64,000 bases of DNA from Microcoleus sp. (lineage in GTDB: Bacteria > Cyanobacteriota > Cyanobacteriia > Cyanobacteriales > Microcoleaceae): positions 32,001-96,000 of the forward strand of contig JAYFMW010000003.1 of NCBI GenBank assembly GCA_042408215.1. Direction: 5' to 3'. Positions within the stretch are counted from its first letter, which is position 1. Each line of letters opens with the position of its first letter. This document shows, piece after piece, positions 9,563 to 19,122 of this stretch. The notes under the pieces were generated by a model. That model searched no databases. It had not been told where the DNA came from and worked only from the letters and a program-made list of their open reading frames with translations. Position numbers and translations under genes: made by a program.

Positions 9563-10432
9563 ATGAGTATAGTTATGAGCCTAATTTCACACTTTACTGG
9601 AAAAATCAAAGATCAGCCAGTAAAATCTGTGAATCTGTGGCAAATATTAGCAATCTCACTGCTACTAACCGGCATATTGAACGGTTTAGCGCGAGAAACA
9701 CCCGAACATTTGTCAACGACACATCCTATTATCTCCGAACCAATTAACCAGCAAGTTGCCGAAATTGCACATCTTGTCACTGTCAGAATTTTATCTGATT
9801 CTGTGTCCGGTTCCGGCGTAATTATTCAGCATCAAAACCAAACTTATACTGTTTTGACTAACAATCATGTCGTAGCTGATAATAAAGACAAAACTTATCA
9901 AGTATTGACAGCCGACGGACGGATTCATATTGCTAAATGGCTGCGTTCATCTCAGTTTGGTAAAGTAGATTTAGCTTTAATACAGTTTACCACTTCTGAA
10001 ACCTATCGAGTTGCGGAAATCGGAAACTCAAATAAGCTATCGGTGGGAGATGGGGTTTATGCTGCGGGTTTTCCGAATTGGCATTGGATTAATTCAGAGT
10101 CTATAGAGAAGACTCGGAATTGGGGGCTAAAAGCTTTTAAGTTAACGAGTGGGAAAGTGGGAATGTTGCCGGATCAATCCCTTGAGAGTGGATACCAACT
10201 TGGTTACACTAATGATATTGCCGAGGGGATGAGTGGCGGGCCTGTGTTGGATAGTTCTGGTAAGTTGGTGGGGATTAATGGCAAATCGAAATATCCTTTG
10301 GGGGGAATTGATGTGTTTAAGTTGGCGGATGGGAGTTTGCCTACTCAGGCGGTTTTTAGGCAGATGGAAGCTTTGAGTTGGGCGATTCCGATTGATACTT
10401 TTCAGGAGTTGGTGAGTCATCTGAAGGCATAA
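9563..10432 (+). CDS. Trypsin-like (S1) serine protease
   Basis: LTNNHVV, DLALI, GMSGGPVL catalytic triad motifs; N-terminal hydrophobic segment. Confidence 0.92.
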   Translation: MSIVMSLISHFTGKIKDQPVKSVNLWQILAISLLLTGILNGLARETPEHLSTTHPIISEPINQQVAEIAHLVTVRILSDSVSGSGVIIQHQNQTYTVLTNNHVVADNKDKTYQVLTADGRIHIAKWLRSSQFGKVDLALIQFTTSETYRVAEIGNSNKLSVGDGVYAAGFPNWHWINSESIEKTRNWGLKAFKLTSGKVGMLPDQSLESGYQLGYTNDIAEGMSGGPVLDSSGKLVGINGKSKYPLGGIDVFKLADGSLPTQAVFRQMEALSWAIPIDTFQELVSHLKA

Positions 10433-10449
10433 TTATTCTCAGCTAGTCG

Positions 10450-12099
10450 CTACGGTTCGGATAGTTTTTTCACGTTGTCAACAGCCCGTTGATACCAAAT
10501 ACCTGTATTCCCTTGTTGCTTATACAAATCAGCGGCTTTTTGGTAATCTTCGATTGCACTCTGTTTGTCGTTAATAGCAGATTTGACAGTCCCCCGATTG
10601 TAGTAGGCAATAGCATTGTTAGGATTAAGCCCAATAGCCCGATCGTAATCTGCGATCGCCTCTTCTTTTCTCCCTAGGGCAGATTTGGCTGCACCCCGAT
10701 TGACGTAGGCATTAGCAAAGTTAGAATCAAGCTGAATAGCCAGATCGTAATCTGCGATCGCATCTTCTTTTCTCCCTAGGGCAGATTTGGCTGAACCCCG
10801 ATTGCTGTAGGCATTAGCAAAGTTAGAATCAAGCTGAATAGCCCGATCGTAATCTGCGATCGCATCTTCTTTTCTCCCTAGGGCAGATTTGGCTGCACCC
10901 CGATTGTAGTAGGCATCAGCATAGTTGGGATTAAGCTGAATAGCCCGATCGTAATCTGCGATCGCATCTTGGTTTTTCCCTAGGTTATACTTGGCTGAAC
11001 CCCGATTGTTGTAGGCAACATCATAGTTAGGATCAAGCTGAATAGCCCGATCGTAATCTGCGATCGCATCTTCTTTTCTCCCTAGGGCATATTTGGCTAA
11101 ACCCCGATTGTAGTAGGCAAAAGCAAAGTTAGAATCAAGCTGAATAGCCCGATCGTAATCTGCGATCGCCTCTTGTTTTTTCCCTAGGACAGATTTGGCT
11201 AAACCCCGACCGTAGTAGGCATTAGCAAAGTTAGAATCAAGCTGAATAGCCCGATCGTAATCTGCGATCGCATCTTCTTTTCTCCCTAGGGCAGATTTGG
11301 CTGAACCCCGATTGCTGTAGGCAAAAGCAAAGTTAGAATCAAGCTGAATAGCCCGATCGTAATCTGCGATCGCATCTTCTTTTCTCCCTAGGGCAGATTT
11401 GGCTGAACCTCGATTGTTGTAGGCACCAGCAAAGTTAGAATCAATCTGAATAGCCCGATCGTAATCTGCGATCGCCTCTTGTTTGTTGCCTAGGTTAGAC
11501 TTGGCTAAACCCCGATTGTTGTAGGCAATAGCATAGTTGGGATTAAGCTGAATAGCCCGATCGTAATCTGCGACCGCATCTTGTTTGTTGCCTAGGGCAT
11601 ACTTGGCTAAACCCCGATTGTAGTAGGCAAAAGCAAAGTTAGAATCAAGCTGAATAGCCCGATCGTAATCTGCGATCGCATCTTGGTTTCTCCCTAGGGC
11701 ATATTTGGCTAAACCCCGATTGCTGTAGGCAAAAGCAAAGTTAGAATCAAGCTGAATAGCCCGATCGTAATCTGCGATCGCATCTTCTTTTTTCCCTAGG
11801 TCATATTTGCCTAAACCCCGATTGTTGTAGGCAAAAGCATCGTTGGGATCAAGCTGAATAGCCCGATCGTAATCTGCAATCGCATCTTCTTTTTTCCCTA
11901 GGTCATATTTGGCATAACCCCGATTGACGTAGGCCTCAGCATAGTTGGGATTAAGCTTAATAGCCCGATCGTAATCTGCGATCGCCTCTTGGTTTCTCCC
12001 TAGGGCACATTTGGCATCACCCCGATTGTAGTAGGCATCAGCATCGTTGGGATTAAGTTTAATAGCCCGATCGTAATCTGCGAGCGATTTTGTAGTCAT
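10450..12099 (-). CDS. Tetratricopeptide-repeat protein with 15 near-identical 34-aa repeats
   Basis: AYxNRGxAKxxLGxxxxAIADYDRAIQL repeats with 102-nt periodicity. Confidence 0.95.
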   Translation of the reverse strand: MTTKSLADYDRAIKLNPNDADAYYNRGDAKCALGRNQEAIADYDRAIKLNPNYAEAYVNRGYAKYDLGKKEDAIADYDRAIQLDPNDAFAYNNRGLGKYDLGKKEDAIADYDRAIQLDSNFAFAYSNRGLAKYALGRNQDAIADYDRAIQLDSNFAFAYYNRGLAKYALGNKQDAVADYDRAIQLNPNYAIAYNNRGLAKSNLGNKQEAIADYDRAIQIDSNFAGAYNNRGSAKSALGRKEDAIADYDRAIQLDSNFAFAYSNRGSAKSALGRKEDAIADYDRAIQLDSNFANAYYGRGLAKSVLGKKQEAIADYDRAIQLDSNFAFAYYNRGLAKYALGRKEDAIADYDRAIQLDPNYDVAYNNRGSAKYNLGKNQDAIADYDRAIQLNPNYADAYYNRGAAKSALGRKEDAIADYDRAIQLDSNFANAYSNRGSAKSALGRKEDAIADYDLAIQLDSNFANAYVNRGAAKSALGRKEEAIADYDRAIGLNPNNAIAYYNRGTVKSAINDKQSAIEDYQKAADLYKQQGNTGIWYQRAVDNVKKLSEP

Positions 12100-12211
12100 T
12101 GCCTTATTCCAGTTATTGAATTTTAATGAAGCTGCTTCCCCGACGGTTCAGAGAAGTACGCCGAATCCGATCGGAGTGTGTGATAATTATAAAAAATATT
12201 ATATCAAAAAA

Positions 12212-13246
12212 ATGATTACAGGGAAAACTATTGGCGGACATTACCACATAATCAGGTTATTGGGTAAAGGTGGATTTGGTGAAACCTACTTAGCACATGA
12301 CGAACATCTACCCGACAAGCCCCCGCGTGTAGTCAAGAGATTCAAGCCCCAGTCCAATGATCCCTTCTTGCTGCAAGAAGCCAAACGCCTGTTTGACAGC
12401 GAGCCTCAACACCTGTACAAGTTAGGTAGCCACGATCGCATTCCGCAGCTATTCGCCCACTTCGAGGAAAATCAAGAATATTATCTCGTCCAAGAGTTAA
12501 TTGCGGGACATGATTTGAGTCACGAATTCAACCCCTCTCAACAAACGGGAGCGAAGGGAGTTCAGTTCAATGAAAGTCAAGTCATTGAATTATTGTATGA
12601 TATTTTAGATGTATTGAAATCAGTTCATCAACAAAATATCATCCACCGAGATATCAAGCCCTCTAATCTAATGCGGCGCGATTCCGATGGTAGGATTGTC
12701 TTGATTGACTTTGGGGCTGTCAAACAAATCGGTAGCCAACTCAAATATTCTCAAGGCCAACCGCAGACAGTTCCGATCGGCACTCCGGGATATACGCCCA
12801 GCGAACAAGAAAAGGGGCATCCCAAGTTGTGCAGTGATGTCTATGCAGTCGGAATGACTGCTATCCAAGCACTGACGGGGGTATTTCCTCACGAGTTGCC
12901 AAAAGATCCCAATACCCTAGAAGTTATGTGGAGGGATCGAGTATCAGTCAGCCCAAAATTCGCAGCTATTTTAGATATAATGGTGCGATACCAATGGCAA
13001 CAGCGCTACCAGTCAGCCGATGAAGCTTTAAGTGCGATTCAGCATCTAGTAAAATCGTCAACAGCACCGACAATTGTTTCCCTTCCTCCACCTTGGCATT
13101 GGCTCAATTCACCAGCCATCAAAAAATTGTTAATCGGTTTAGTTTGCTTAGGAATTGTGGCTGTTGGTGGGATTTTTATTACTCAATTTATGAGGACACA
13201 ACCAGGCTGGCAGCCAACTTCTGCCCCAAATAAACCGGTACTTTAA
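12212..13246 (+). CDS. Hanks-type Ser/Thr protein kinase with a C-terminal TM helix
   Basis: LGKGGFG, VVK, HRDIKPSN, DFG, GTPGY motifs. Confidence 0.93.
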   Translation: MITGKTIGGHYHIIRLLGKGGFGETYLAHDEHLPDKPPRVVKRFKPQSNDPFLLQEAKRLFDSEPQHLYKLGSHDRIPQLFAHFEENQEYYLVQELIAGHDLSHEFNPSQQTGAKGVQFNESQVIELLYDILDVLKSVHQQNIIHRDIKPSNLMRRDSDGRIVLIDFGAVKQIGSQLKYSQGQPQTVPIGTPGYTPSEQEKGHPKLCSDVYAVGMTAIQALTGVFPHELPKDPNTLEVMWRDRVSVSPKFAAILDIMVRYQWQQRYQSADEALSAIQHLVKSSTAPTIVSLPPPWHWLNSPAIKKLLIGLVCLGIVAVGGIFITQFMRTQPGWQPTSAPNKPVL

Positions 13247-13526
13247 ACTAGCTCAAAAACATCTCGTGTAAAAAAAATATGACTGGACAAAAATTTGACC
13301 GAATTCTGTTGATTGCCGGGTTTTTAATCGCATTAATTGCGGCGATTCCCCAAGTTTATAACTTTGAAAAACCAGGATTTTTCTGGCAAACAGATGTATC
13401 AAGTCGCCAGATTCAGCAACAGCCAAATATTCAATCCAACCCGAATGCTGGTTTATAGGATAGCAGTTTTAGAGAATTCAGAAAGGCGAGCCCATAATTC
13501 ATCAAAAGGGCGATCGCCTTCCATCG

Positions 13527-13590
13527 TAGGGACACGGCATTGCCGTCTCCTACCGGGGGCTCAAAGGACACGGCAATGCCGTGTCCCTAC
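13527..13590. repeat. GTAG-type REP-like doublet
   Basis: GTAGGGACACGGCATTGCCGT... and ...ACACGGCAATGCCGTGTCCCTAC. Confidence 0.65.
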
Positions 13591-13718
13591 CGGGCAATTA
13601 AGAAGGGCGATCGCCCTTCCTTTTTGAAGAGCGATCGCCCTTTTTAAACTATCCGAATTGCATCAACTCAGAAGTCATGCTATAATTTGCTTATACATTA
13701 ATTTCACGCTCGATACCC

Positions 13719-14018
13719 TTGGATTATAACTTTGATTGGAATATAGCCAAAGAAAAGCAAAATATTCGCAAGCATCAATTAAATTTTCGTTTGGCTTCAA
13801 CTATTTGACGCGATCCTTATCAATTAACAATCTATGATGAAGAACACAGTCAAGATGAAGATAGATGGATTACCATAGGTTTAGATGAAACAGGCATTGT
13901 CAGGCTGGTTGTCCATACTTTTGAACAAACTGATAGCTCCTCCTGCATCATTCGGATTATTTCCGCTCGGCAAGCTACTTTCACTGAAACACAATATTAT
14001 CAAGAGAGAAAATTATGA
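13719..14018 (+). pseudogene. BrnT-family toxin with an in-frame stop
   Basis: Manual translation LDYNFDWNIAKEKQNIRKHQLNF...STI*RDP...EDRWITIG...IRIISAR; TGA at 13806-13808. Confidence 0.8.
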
Positions 14019-14215
14019 AATCAGAGTATGATTTTTCTGCGTCAGAACAAGGCAAGTTTTACCATCCTGATGCTACGTTTCATTATCCGATTTATCTCGA
14101 AGCTGATGTCGAGCAGTTTGTGACTAAAATTGCTGAACATAAAAATATTGACGTTCAAGTTTTGGTCAATGAATGGCTGAGGAATAACATTAAATTAATT
14201 CAAAGTATTGAGTAG
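14015..14215 (+). CDS. BrnA-like/CopG-like antitoxin
   Basis: MKSEYDFS...GKFY; ATGA overlap with the BrnT-like gene. Confidence 0.75.
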   Translation: MKSEYDFSASEQGKFYHPDATFHYPIYLEADVEQFVTKIAEHKNIDVQVLVNEWLRNNIKLIQSIE

Positions 14216-14500
14216 GTTAGAAACCCGGTTGCTTTGAGAAACTATGAACTTTCAATAAATAAAGAGCGATCGCCCTTTCTCACCCAGATTCAGAAAGGCG
14301 ATCGCCCATAATTCATCCAACGAGCGATCGCCCTTCTGACATCCGCGTTAATCAGCGTCCATCTGCGGTCAAAAAAGAGCGATCGCCCTTTCTAATAATT
14401 CAAAAGGGCGATCGCCCTTATTTTGCATTCAACTAACAAAAAATTGTCATTTCAGCCAATAATTGCTAAAATGATCGCAAAATACTATTCTGATTAGCCA

Positions 14501-14722
14501 ATGAGCAACATCTCTATCAGCTTGCCAGATGAATTACTCACATACGTCAATCAAAAAGCGCCCAACCCCAGTGCTTTGATAGAAGCTCTCTTAAAACAAT
14601 GGCGAAAACAACAAGAAAACCAAGCTTTAGCAGAAGCTTGCAAGCTAATTGACGAATTAGATTTAGGATGGGATGAGGAATGGCAAGCTCAAGCGATTAC
14701 CGACTGGGAAGTATCTGGATAG
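14501..14722 (+). CDS. Ribbon-helix-helix antitoxin
   Basis: ISISLPDELL RHH start and acidic tail; overlaps the downstream toxin. Confidence 0.75.
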   Translation: MSNISISLPDELLTYVNQKAPNPSALIEALLKQWRKQQENQALAEACKLIDELDLGWDEEWQAQAITDWEVSG

Positions 14723-15042
14723 CTAGATTCGATCCGTCAGTAGGAACAGAAATACGCAAAACGCGGCCTGCCTTAGTCATTTCTGGTACGCTGTTCAACG
14801 AGCGACGCAGCAAAGTGACTGTTTTGCCATTTACCTCCGCTCGTCCTCACGATCCTCGGATTTCTGCTGCTGCGATCTTAATACCTGCATCCCCACAAAA
14901 TGGTTTAGATGCAGATAGTTTGCTAGTCTGTGTCGATCCCATGACTTTCGATAAAACGAGATTAGTGCAACAACTCGGTCAATTGGAATCGGAGCTATTT
15001 TCCCAATCTCAAGAGATTTTGCAGCGCTATCTGGAATTATAG
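14680..15042 (+). CDS. PemK/MazF family toxin
   Basis: FDPSVGTEIRKTRPALVIS motif. Confidence 0.9.
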   Translation: MASSSDYRLGSIWIARFDPSVGTEIRKTRPALVISGTLFNERRSKVTVLPFTSARPHDPRISAAAILIPASPQNGLDADSLLVCVDPMTFDKTRLVQQLGQLESELFSQSQEILQRYLEL

Positions 15043-15132
15043 CGATCGCCCTTTCTAATAATTCAGAAAGGCGATCGCTCTTCATTCATCAATCTATAAT
15101 TTATGATTAGACAAGAGCGATATGCGATAAAT

Positions 15133-15525
15133 TCAATACCAGTCCGCGATCGCCAGTCCTGAAACTCTCGAAAACTCCTTGACATTGTGAGTAACAAGAG
15201 TTGCTTGAAGTGAAGCGGCTGTCCCTGCAATCAAAACATCGATCGGGCCGATAGGAGTACCTTTTTGCTCCAATTGAGCGCGGATTGTGGCAGCAGCAAC
15301 AGCACAATCGCGATCGAAAGGAACAACATTAACTCGGCTTAAAAGTTGCTGAAGTTGTTGGATACGTTTTGCAGGCGAAGTAGATTTAGCAATACCCACT
15401 TGCAATTCAAACAGGACGAGTGTAGAAATTCCAATTTCTTGAGGAGATACATTGGCAATGTTTTGGACAACTTGTCCTTGTCCTTTAAAATAGTAGATTA
15501 ATGTATTTGTATCCAAAATGTACAT
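15133..15525 (-). CDS. VapC (PIN-domain) toxin
   Basis: YILDTN...EL...D.LIA.TA...LVTHN..EF.RV.GL...W. Confidence 0.93.
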   Translation of the reverse strand: MYILDTNTLIYYFKGQGQVVQNIANVSPQEIGISTLVLFELQVGIAKSTSPAKRIQQLQQLLSRVNVVPFDRDCAVAAATIRAQLEQKGTPIGPIDVLIAGTAASLQATLVTHNVKEFSRVSGLAIADWY

Positions 15526-15777
15526 CTAGAAGCTCTCTCGCAAAATGTCTTCCCCCGACTCAGCACGAATCTCTTCCAGAGTCGGAAAGTCTTCTGCCCA
15601 CGCTCCAGCTAGGGAATAAACCAGTTCCGTCCAAGGAGTTGCAGAATCTACTGTATCGGTGGATTGGTTTGCATTTAGGTACTTGGCACGAATCAACTCA
15701 GCGAAAGTCAGAATTTCGCTAGCTTGGTTTTGGGGAAGGGTTTTGACGATCGCGTATATTTGTTCAATAACAGTCAT
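15526..15777 (-). CDS. DUF2281-like antitoxin
   Basis: TLPQNQASEILTFAELI; directly upstream of vapC. Confidence 0.7.
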   Translation of the reverse strand: MTVIEQIYAIVKTLPQNQASEILTFAELIRAKYLNANQSTDTVDSATPWTELVYSLAGAWAEDFPTLEEIRAESGEDILRESF

Positions 15778-15908
15778 AATCGGATTATAGATTAAGAGCA
15801 GTTTAGCTTATTTTAGCAATTATAATCGGTTTAGTTCCAAAGGCGTTAGGAGAAATTATATCGCTTCTACTTGTAGGATGGAATAACCGCTTGCATCTGG
15901 CAATTTCC

Positions 15909-16278
15909 ATGACCAACCCCATCCAGCAAGAAGCCCGCCAAATTCAAGGGCACTCTCGCCTTTACCCCCTTCGATCGGTGCCATCCCCTCAGCCGCGACT
16001 TCGACACAATTCCTGCTAGAGTAGGTTTGTACGCCTTTCGACATCGCACTGAAGGATTGCTCTACATCGGCAAAGCCAAGAACCTCCGCGATCGACTCCG
16101 AGGTGGTCACAAAGCCTTTCTCTGGGGCTGGCTCGATCGCTACGATCCTGATGATGTGAGGATCGCCTTCGTTACCCTCAACCAATGGCAAAAACCAGGG
16201 TTATTATATGAATTAGAAACCCTGATCCTTCAAGCTACAAATCCTCCCTACAACGTTAAAATTCCCAGAGAACAATGA
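15909..16278 (+). pseudogene. Small GIY-YIG nuclease gene with a +1 frameshift near its 5' end
   Basis: GLYAF...LLYIGKAKNLRDRL...E...PPYN motifs; the ATG at 15909 (MTNPIQQEARQI) is one base out of frame with them. Confidence 0.7.
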
Positions 16279-16520
16279 ATCATACCCTCAACATCCAACA
16301 CTTGCCACCATCCGCTATTCATTCGCTGATGACCCATTTGCCGGACTATGTGAAAGTCGCCCTGATGGAAAAAGCTACGCAACTAGAATGCTCTCTCGAA
16401 GCTGCGATCGAAATGGCGATAGCTAGTTTTCTCGACTCAGAAGCTTTCAGCTTTGAAGATTGCCTATTATCGCAACGTCTTCAGGAATCAGAACTGGTAG
16501 AATCTTCGCAAAGGAAATAG
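16275..16520 (+). CDS. Small hypothetical protein coupled to the GIY-YIG gene
   Basis: ATGA overlap; RHH-like LPDYVK...LEAAIEMAIASFL. Confidence 0.65.
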   Translation: MNHTLNIQHLPPSAIHSLMTHLPDYVKVALMEKATQLECSLEAAIEMAIASFLDSEAFSFEDCLLSQRLQESELVESSQRK

Positions 16521-16631
16521 GGTGCGAGATCCCTTTTGGAACTATTCGCAAAGGGCGATCGCCCGTTTTATAATCAAAATGGCGATCGCCTCGTAACCTA
16601 TTGATTATTGCTTCTTTAAAAGGCTTGAAAA

Positions 16632-16994
16632 TTACAAAGCAAACACGATTCTGAGAGCTAGATCGATTTTTACGATCACCTCTGGTTCAAGTTCACCTCG
16701 GATATCTACCCCACGAGAACCATAATCAATAGGGCGGGTTTGCAAACAATCAGCAATAGATTTTTTTGTTAACCCATTTCTTTCAGACGGTTCAATCTCC
16801 ACATTACTTTTAATCTTGGCTTTTTTTTCACTCCAAGCAGTAATTGGAACAACCTGGATTACAGGAACTCGCTCATTATAAGTATTGTTTGTCACAACAA
16901 CACAAGGTCTAATTTTCCCAGTTTCAGAACCCTTAGTTGGATCGAGATTAACTTCAATAATTAAACCACGTTTCAATTTTATAACTTCGGCCAT
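16632..16994 (-). CDS. PemK/MazF family toxin
   Basis: LDPTKGSETGKIRPCVVV motif. Confidence 0.9.
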   Translation of the reverse strand: MAEVIKLKRGLIIEVNLDPTKGSETGKIRPCVVVTNNTYNERVPVIQVVPITAWSEKKAKIKSNVEIEPSERNGLTKKSIADCLQTRPIDYGSRGVDIRGELEPEVIVKIDLALRIVFAL

Positions 16995-17218
16995 TCTTCT
17001 AAACCTAACTCCGTCAATTCTTGCAAGTCTGTATCTTCCTTATAGATTTCTGCATAGAGAGCCGCAGATTCTTCCAATCGCTCCGCTTCTAATGCTAATT
17101 CCAGGCGTTTAATTGCGATTCTTACTACTTCATTCGCGTCTTTAAATCCATAGTTTTGACAACTTTGGAGAAATTCGATCTGAGATTCATCCAGTTCAAA
17201 TGTTTGCTCTTTCATCAT
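16979..17218 (-). CDS. Putative antitoxin (CopG-like)
   Basis: Acidic 79-aa ORF overlapping the toxin start. Confidence 0.7.
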   Translation of the reverse strand: MMKEQTFELDESQIEFLQSCQNYGFKDANEVVRIAIKRLELALEAERLEESAALYAEIYKEDTDLQELTELGLEEWPKL

Positions 17219-17282
17219 AGTAAAAATTCTGGCAAGCTTTGGTATATTACTCTTGAAAACTAGGATTAAATAAACTGCCACT

Positions 17283-17345
17283 TTAATGATAACATACATT
17301 TCCAAAAATTTCTATGACCAGCGGACGTTTTTGGATCGAGGTCAT
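17283..17345 (-). pseudogene. Probable 5' stub of a ParE/RelE toxin
   Basis: ATG overlaps the ParD-like stop; MTSIQKRPLVI resembles ParE N-termini, then the ORF ends at 20 aa. Confidence 0.4.
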
Positions 17346-17614
17346 TTTTCTTCCTGCAACCCCTGCTTCTGGGAAATACGCGATCGCACAGCTTGACGAA
17401 TCTCCATCCAATCCTCCTCAGTCATCGCCGTAGGATTTCCCGATTCCAAACCTTCTAATAACATCGCTTCCAAACGTTCTGAAGCTTTGCGTTTTTGGTC
17501 TTGGCGAATTAACTCGCGGAAATACTCGCTAGCTGTACTATAACCACCTTGAGCTACCTGTGCTTCTATATAAGTTCGCATTGAGTCAGGTAGAGAAATA
17601 TTCATGCTTGTCAC
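17342..17614 (-). CDS. ParD-family RHH antitoxin
   Basis: MNISLP...VAQGGYSTASEYFRELIR...LLEGLESG. Confidence 0.88.
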   Translation of the reverse strand: MTSMNISLPDSMRTYIEAQVAQGGYSTASEYFRELIRQDQKRKASERLEAMLLEGLESGNPTAMTEEDWMEIRQAVRSRISQKQGLQEEK

Positions 17615-17831
17615 GGGTATTACTTACCTCATTTAACTCGTTATCTTATTATGGCATATTTTGCCATTTTTTGTCAAGTCTCACAACCAGTAATTTTTTA
17701 AGAGAATGGGAAACGCGATCGCCCTTTCTAATAATTCAGAAGGGCGATCGATCTGGCTAAATTTATGATATAATTACCCATCAGTTACACCTAGATTTGC
17801 CCACTTCTTTTGATATAAAGGAGTAAAGCCC

Positions 17832-18113
17832 GTGAAAATAGAAGAATTATTGCAAACAAAAGGAATTATTCACCGCGATCCAGAAATTATGAGCGGTTTC
17901 CCCATATTTGTCGATACCCGCGTCCCCTTAAAGACTTTGTTCGATTACCTGGAAGGTGAAAGCGGTTTCGCAGAATTTGTTAATGATTTTCCTTACCTAG
18001 AAAGTCAGGTAATTAAAGTGCTAGAAAATCTCACTAAATCGCTCCAACCAATATTCATTCACCACCACCGAAAACCCAACTTTCCTGAACTATGTCATCA
18101 GGTAACATCCTAA
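17832..18113 (+). CDS. DUF433-family protein (tail probably non-native)
   Basis: IHRDPEIMSGFPIFVDTRVPLKTLFDYLE...DFPYL. Confidence 0.8.
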   Translation: MKIEELLQTKGIIHRDPEIMSGFPIFVDTRVPLKTLFDYLEGESGFAEFVNDFPYLESQVIKVLENLTKSLQPIFIHHHRKPNFPELCHQVTS

Positions 18114-18412
18114 CTGTCACAGATGTTCTCAATTTCCTTGTCAGTGGAATCGATAAAACTACCCTCGAAACAGAACTTACTACTTCCGGTTGGATATCCA
18201 CTCCAGCTAGAGGAGGCTCAAAAAGCGGTGCGGGTACAATTTGGACAAGCCCAAACACTCAATACAGTGTCAGAATTATGACTCAACCTGATGGTTCATC
18301 CTATGCTCGTGTTTACAATGGCCCAGGAGGAGGTGCACCCGCAGAACAACCCCTAAACGCATCAGGAAAACCCGGAAGTCGTGGAGACACCCACTTTATT
18401 CTGCTCCCTTAA
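18092..18412 (+). CDS. Hypothetical protein resembling a polymorphic-toxin C-terminal domain
   Basis: 106 aa, Gly-rich, VRIM...YARVY...GKPGSRGDTHF ending. Confidence 0.55.
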   Translation: MSSGNILTVTDVLNFLVSGIDKTTLETELTTSGWISTPARGGSKSGAGTIWTSPNTQYSVRIMTQPDGSSYARVYNGPGGGAPAEQPLNASGKPGSRGDTHFILLP

Positions 18413-18432
18413 ACCTATTTATTCGTCAGATT

Positions 18433-18858
18433 ATGAACTTTGAAGAAATTTGGCAACAATACGATTTTACCGAATCAGAATTGCTATCAATGGGGTGGCA
18501 ATTTCCCTATGATTATGTCCTCAATCTCAACTACTATTGGCAACTAACTCCAACTAATTCTACTTCTCAAGTTGCTACCACAGACCAATTTTTAAACATT
18601 ATCCTCAAAACCTGCATTCGACTGGATGTACAACTCAACCCAAATCCCGATGAGTTAAATCGAAAGCCTACAAACCTCGGCACAATCGTCGGCTGGGAGC
18701 AAGTTACTTCCTCTCCTTGGTTAGAAAATCTATCCCTTTCTCCTAATGAGTGGCTGCATCTGTTATTTGAAATTGGTGGAAACAACAAAATAGAAGCTGT
18801 TTGTCGCTCGATCGCGATCGAACAATTAGTCACACAACCCTTAGCACTCAGTTCATAA
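18433..18858 (+). CDS. Hypothetical protein, candidate immunity protein
   Basis: 141-aa aromatic-rich ORF 20 nt downstream of the candidate toxin. Confidence 0.55.
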   Translation: MNFEEIWQQYDFTESELLSMGWQFPYDYVLNLNYYWQLTPTNSTSQVATTDQFLNIILKTCIRLDVQLNPNPDELNRKPTNLGTIVGWEQVTSSPWLENLSLSPNEWLHLLFEIGGNNKIEAVCRSIAIEQLVTQPLALSS

Positions 18859-18873
18859 AAAGATATAAATACT

Positions 18874-19119
18874 ATGTCATCCCCAGAACTAAACCTAGCC
18901 GATAACTGGGAATTCACAGAATTATGGGTAGATCCGACAGCATCACCACCTTACGTCCTAATTTTACTCGGTGACAGTTCAGGTAATAGCTGTGTCTACG
19001 ATCCTGCTCAAAATTATCAGATTGTATTTGCGAGTTCAGATTATCAAGAAGCTAAACTTTGGCTATTAGAAGATGAATACGAACGAGTAGAGCGTCGGTT
19101 ACAATTGTCAGCAGCATGA
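18874..19119 (+). CDS. Small acidic hypothetical protein
   Basis: 81-aa ORF co-oriented 15 nt downstream (...AKLWLLEDEYE). Confidence 0.65.
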   Translation: MSSPELNLADNWEFTELWVDPTASPPYVLILLGDSSGNSCVYDPAQNYQIVFASSDYQEAKLWLLEDEYERVERRLQLSAA

Positions 19120-19122
19120 CCC

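Noticed and set aside
10450..12099. A complete DGR locus
   Set aside because: There is no reverse transcriptase, accessory gene or non-coding template repeat in the window; only the mutation pattern is reported.
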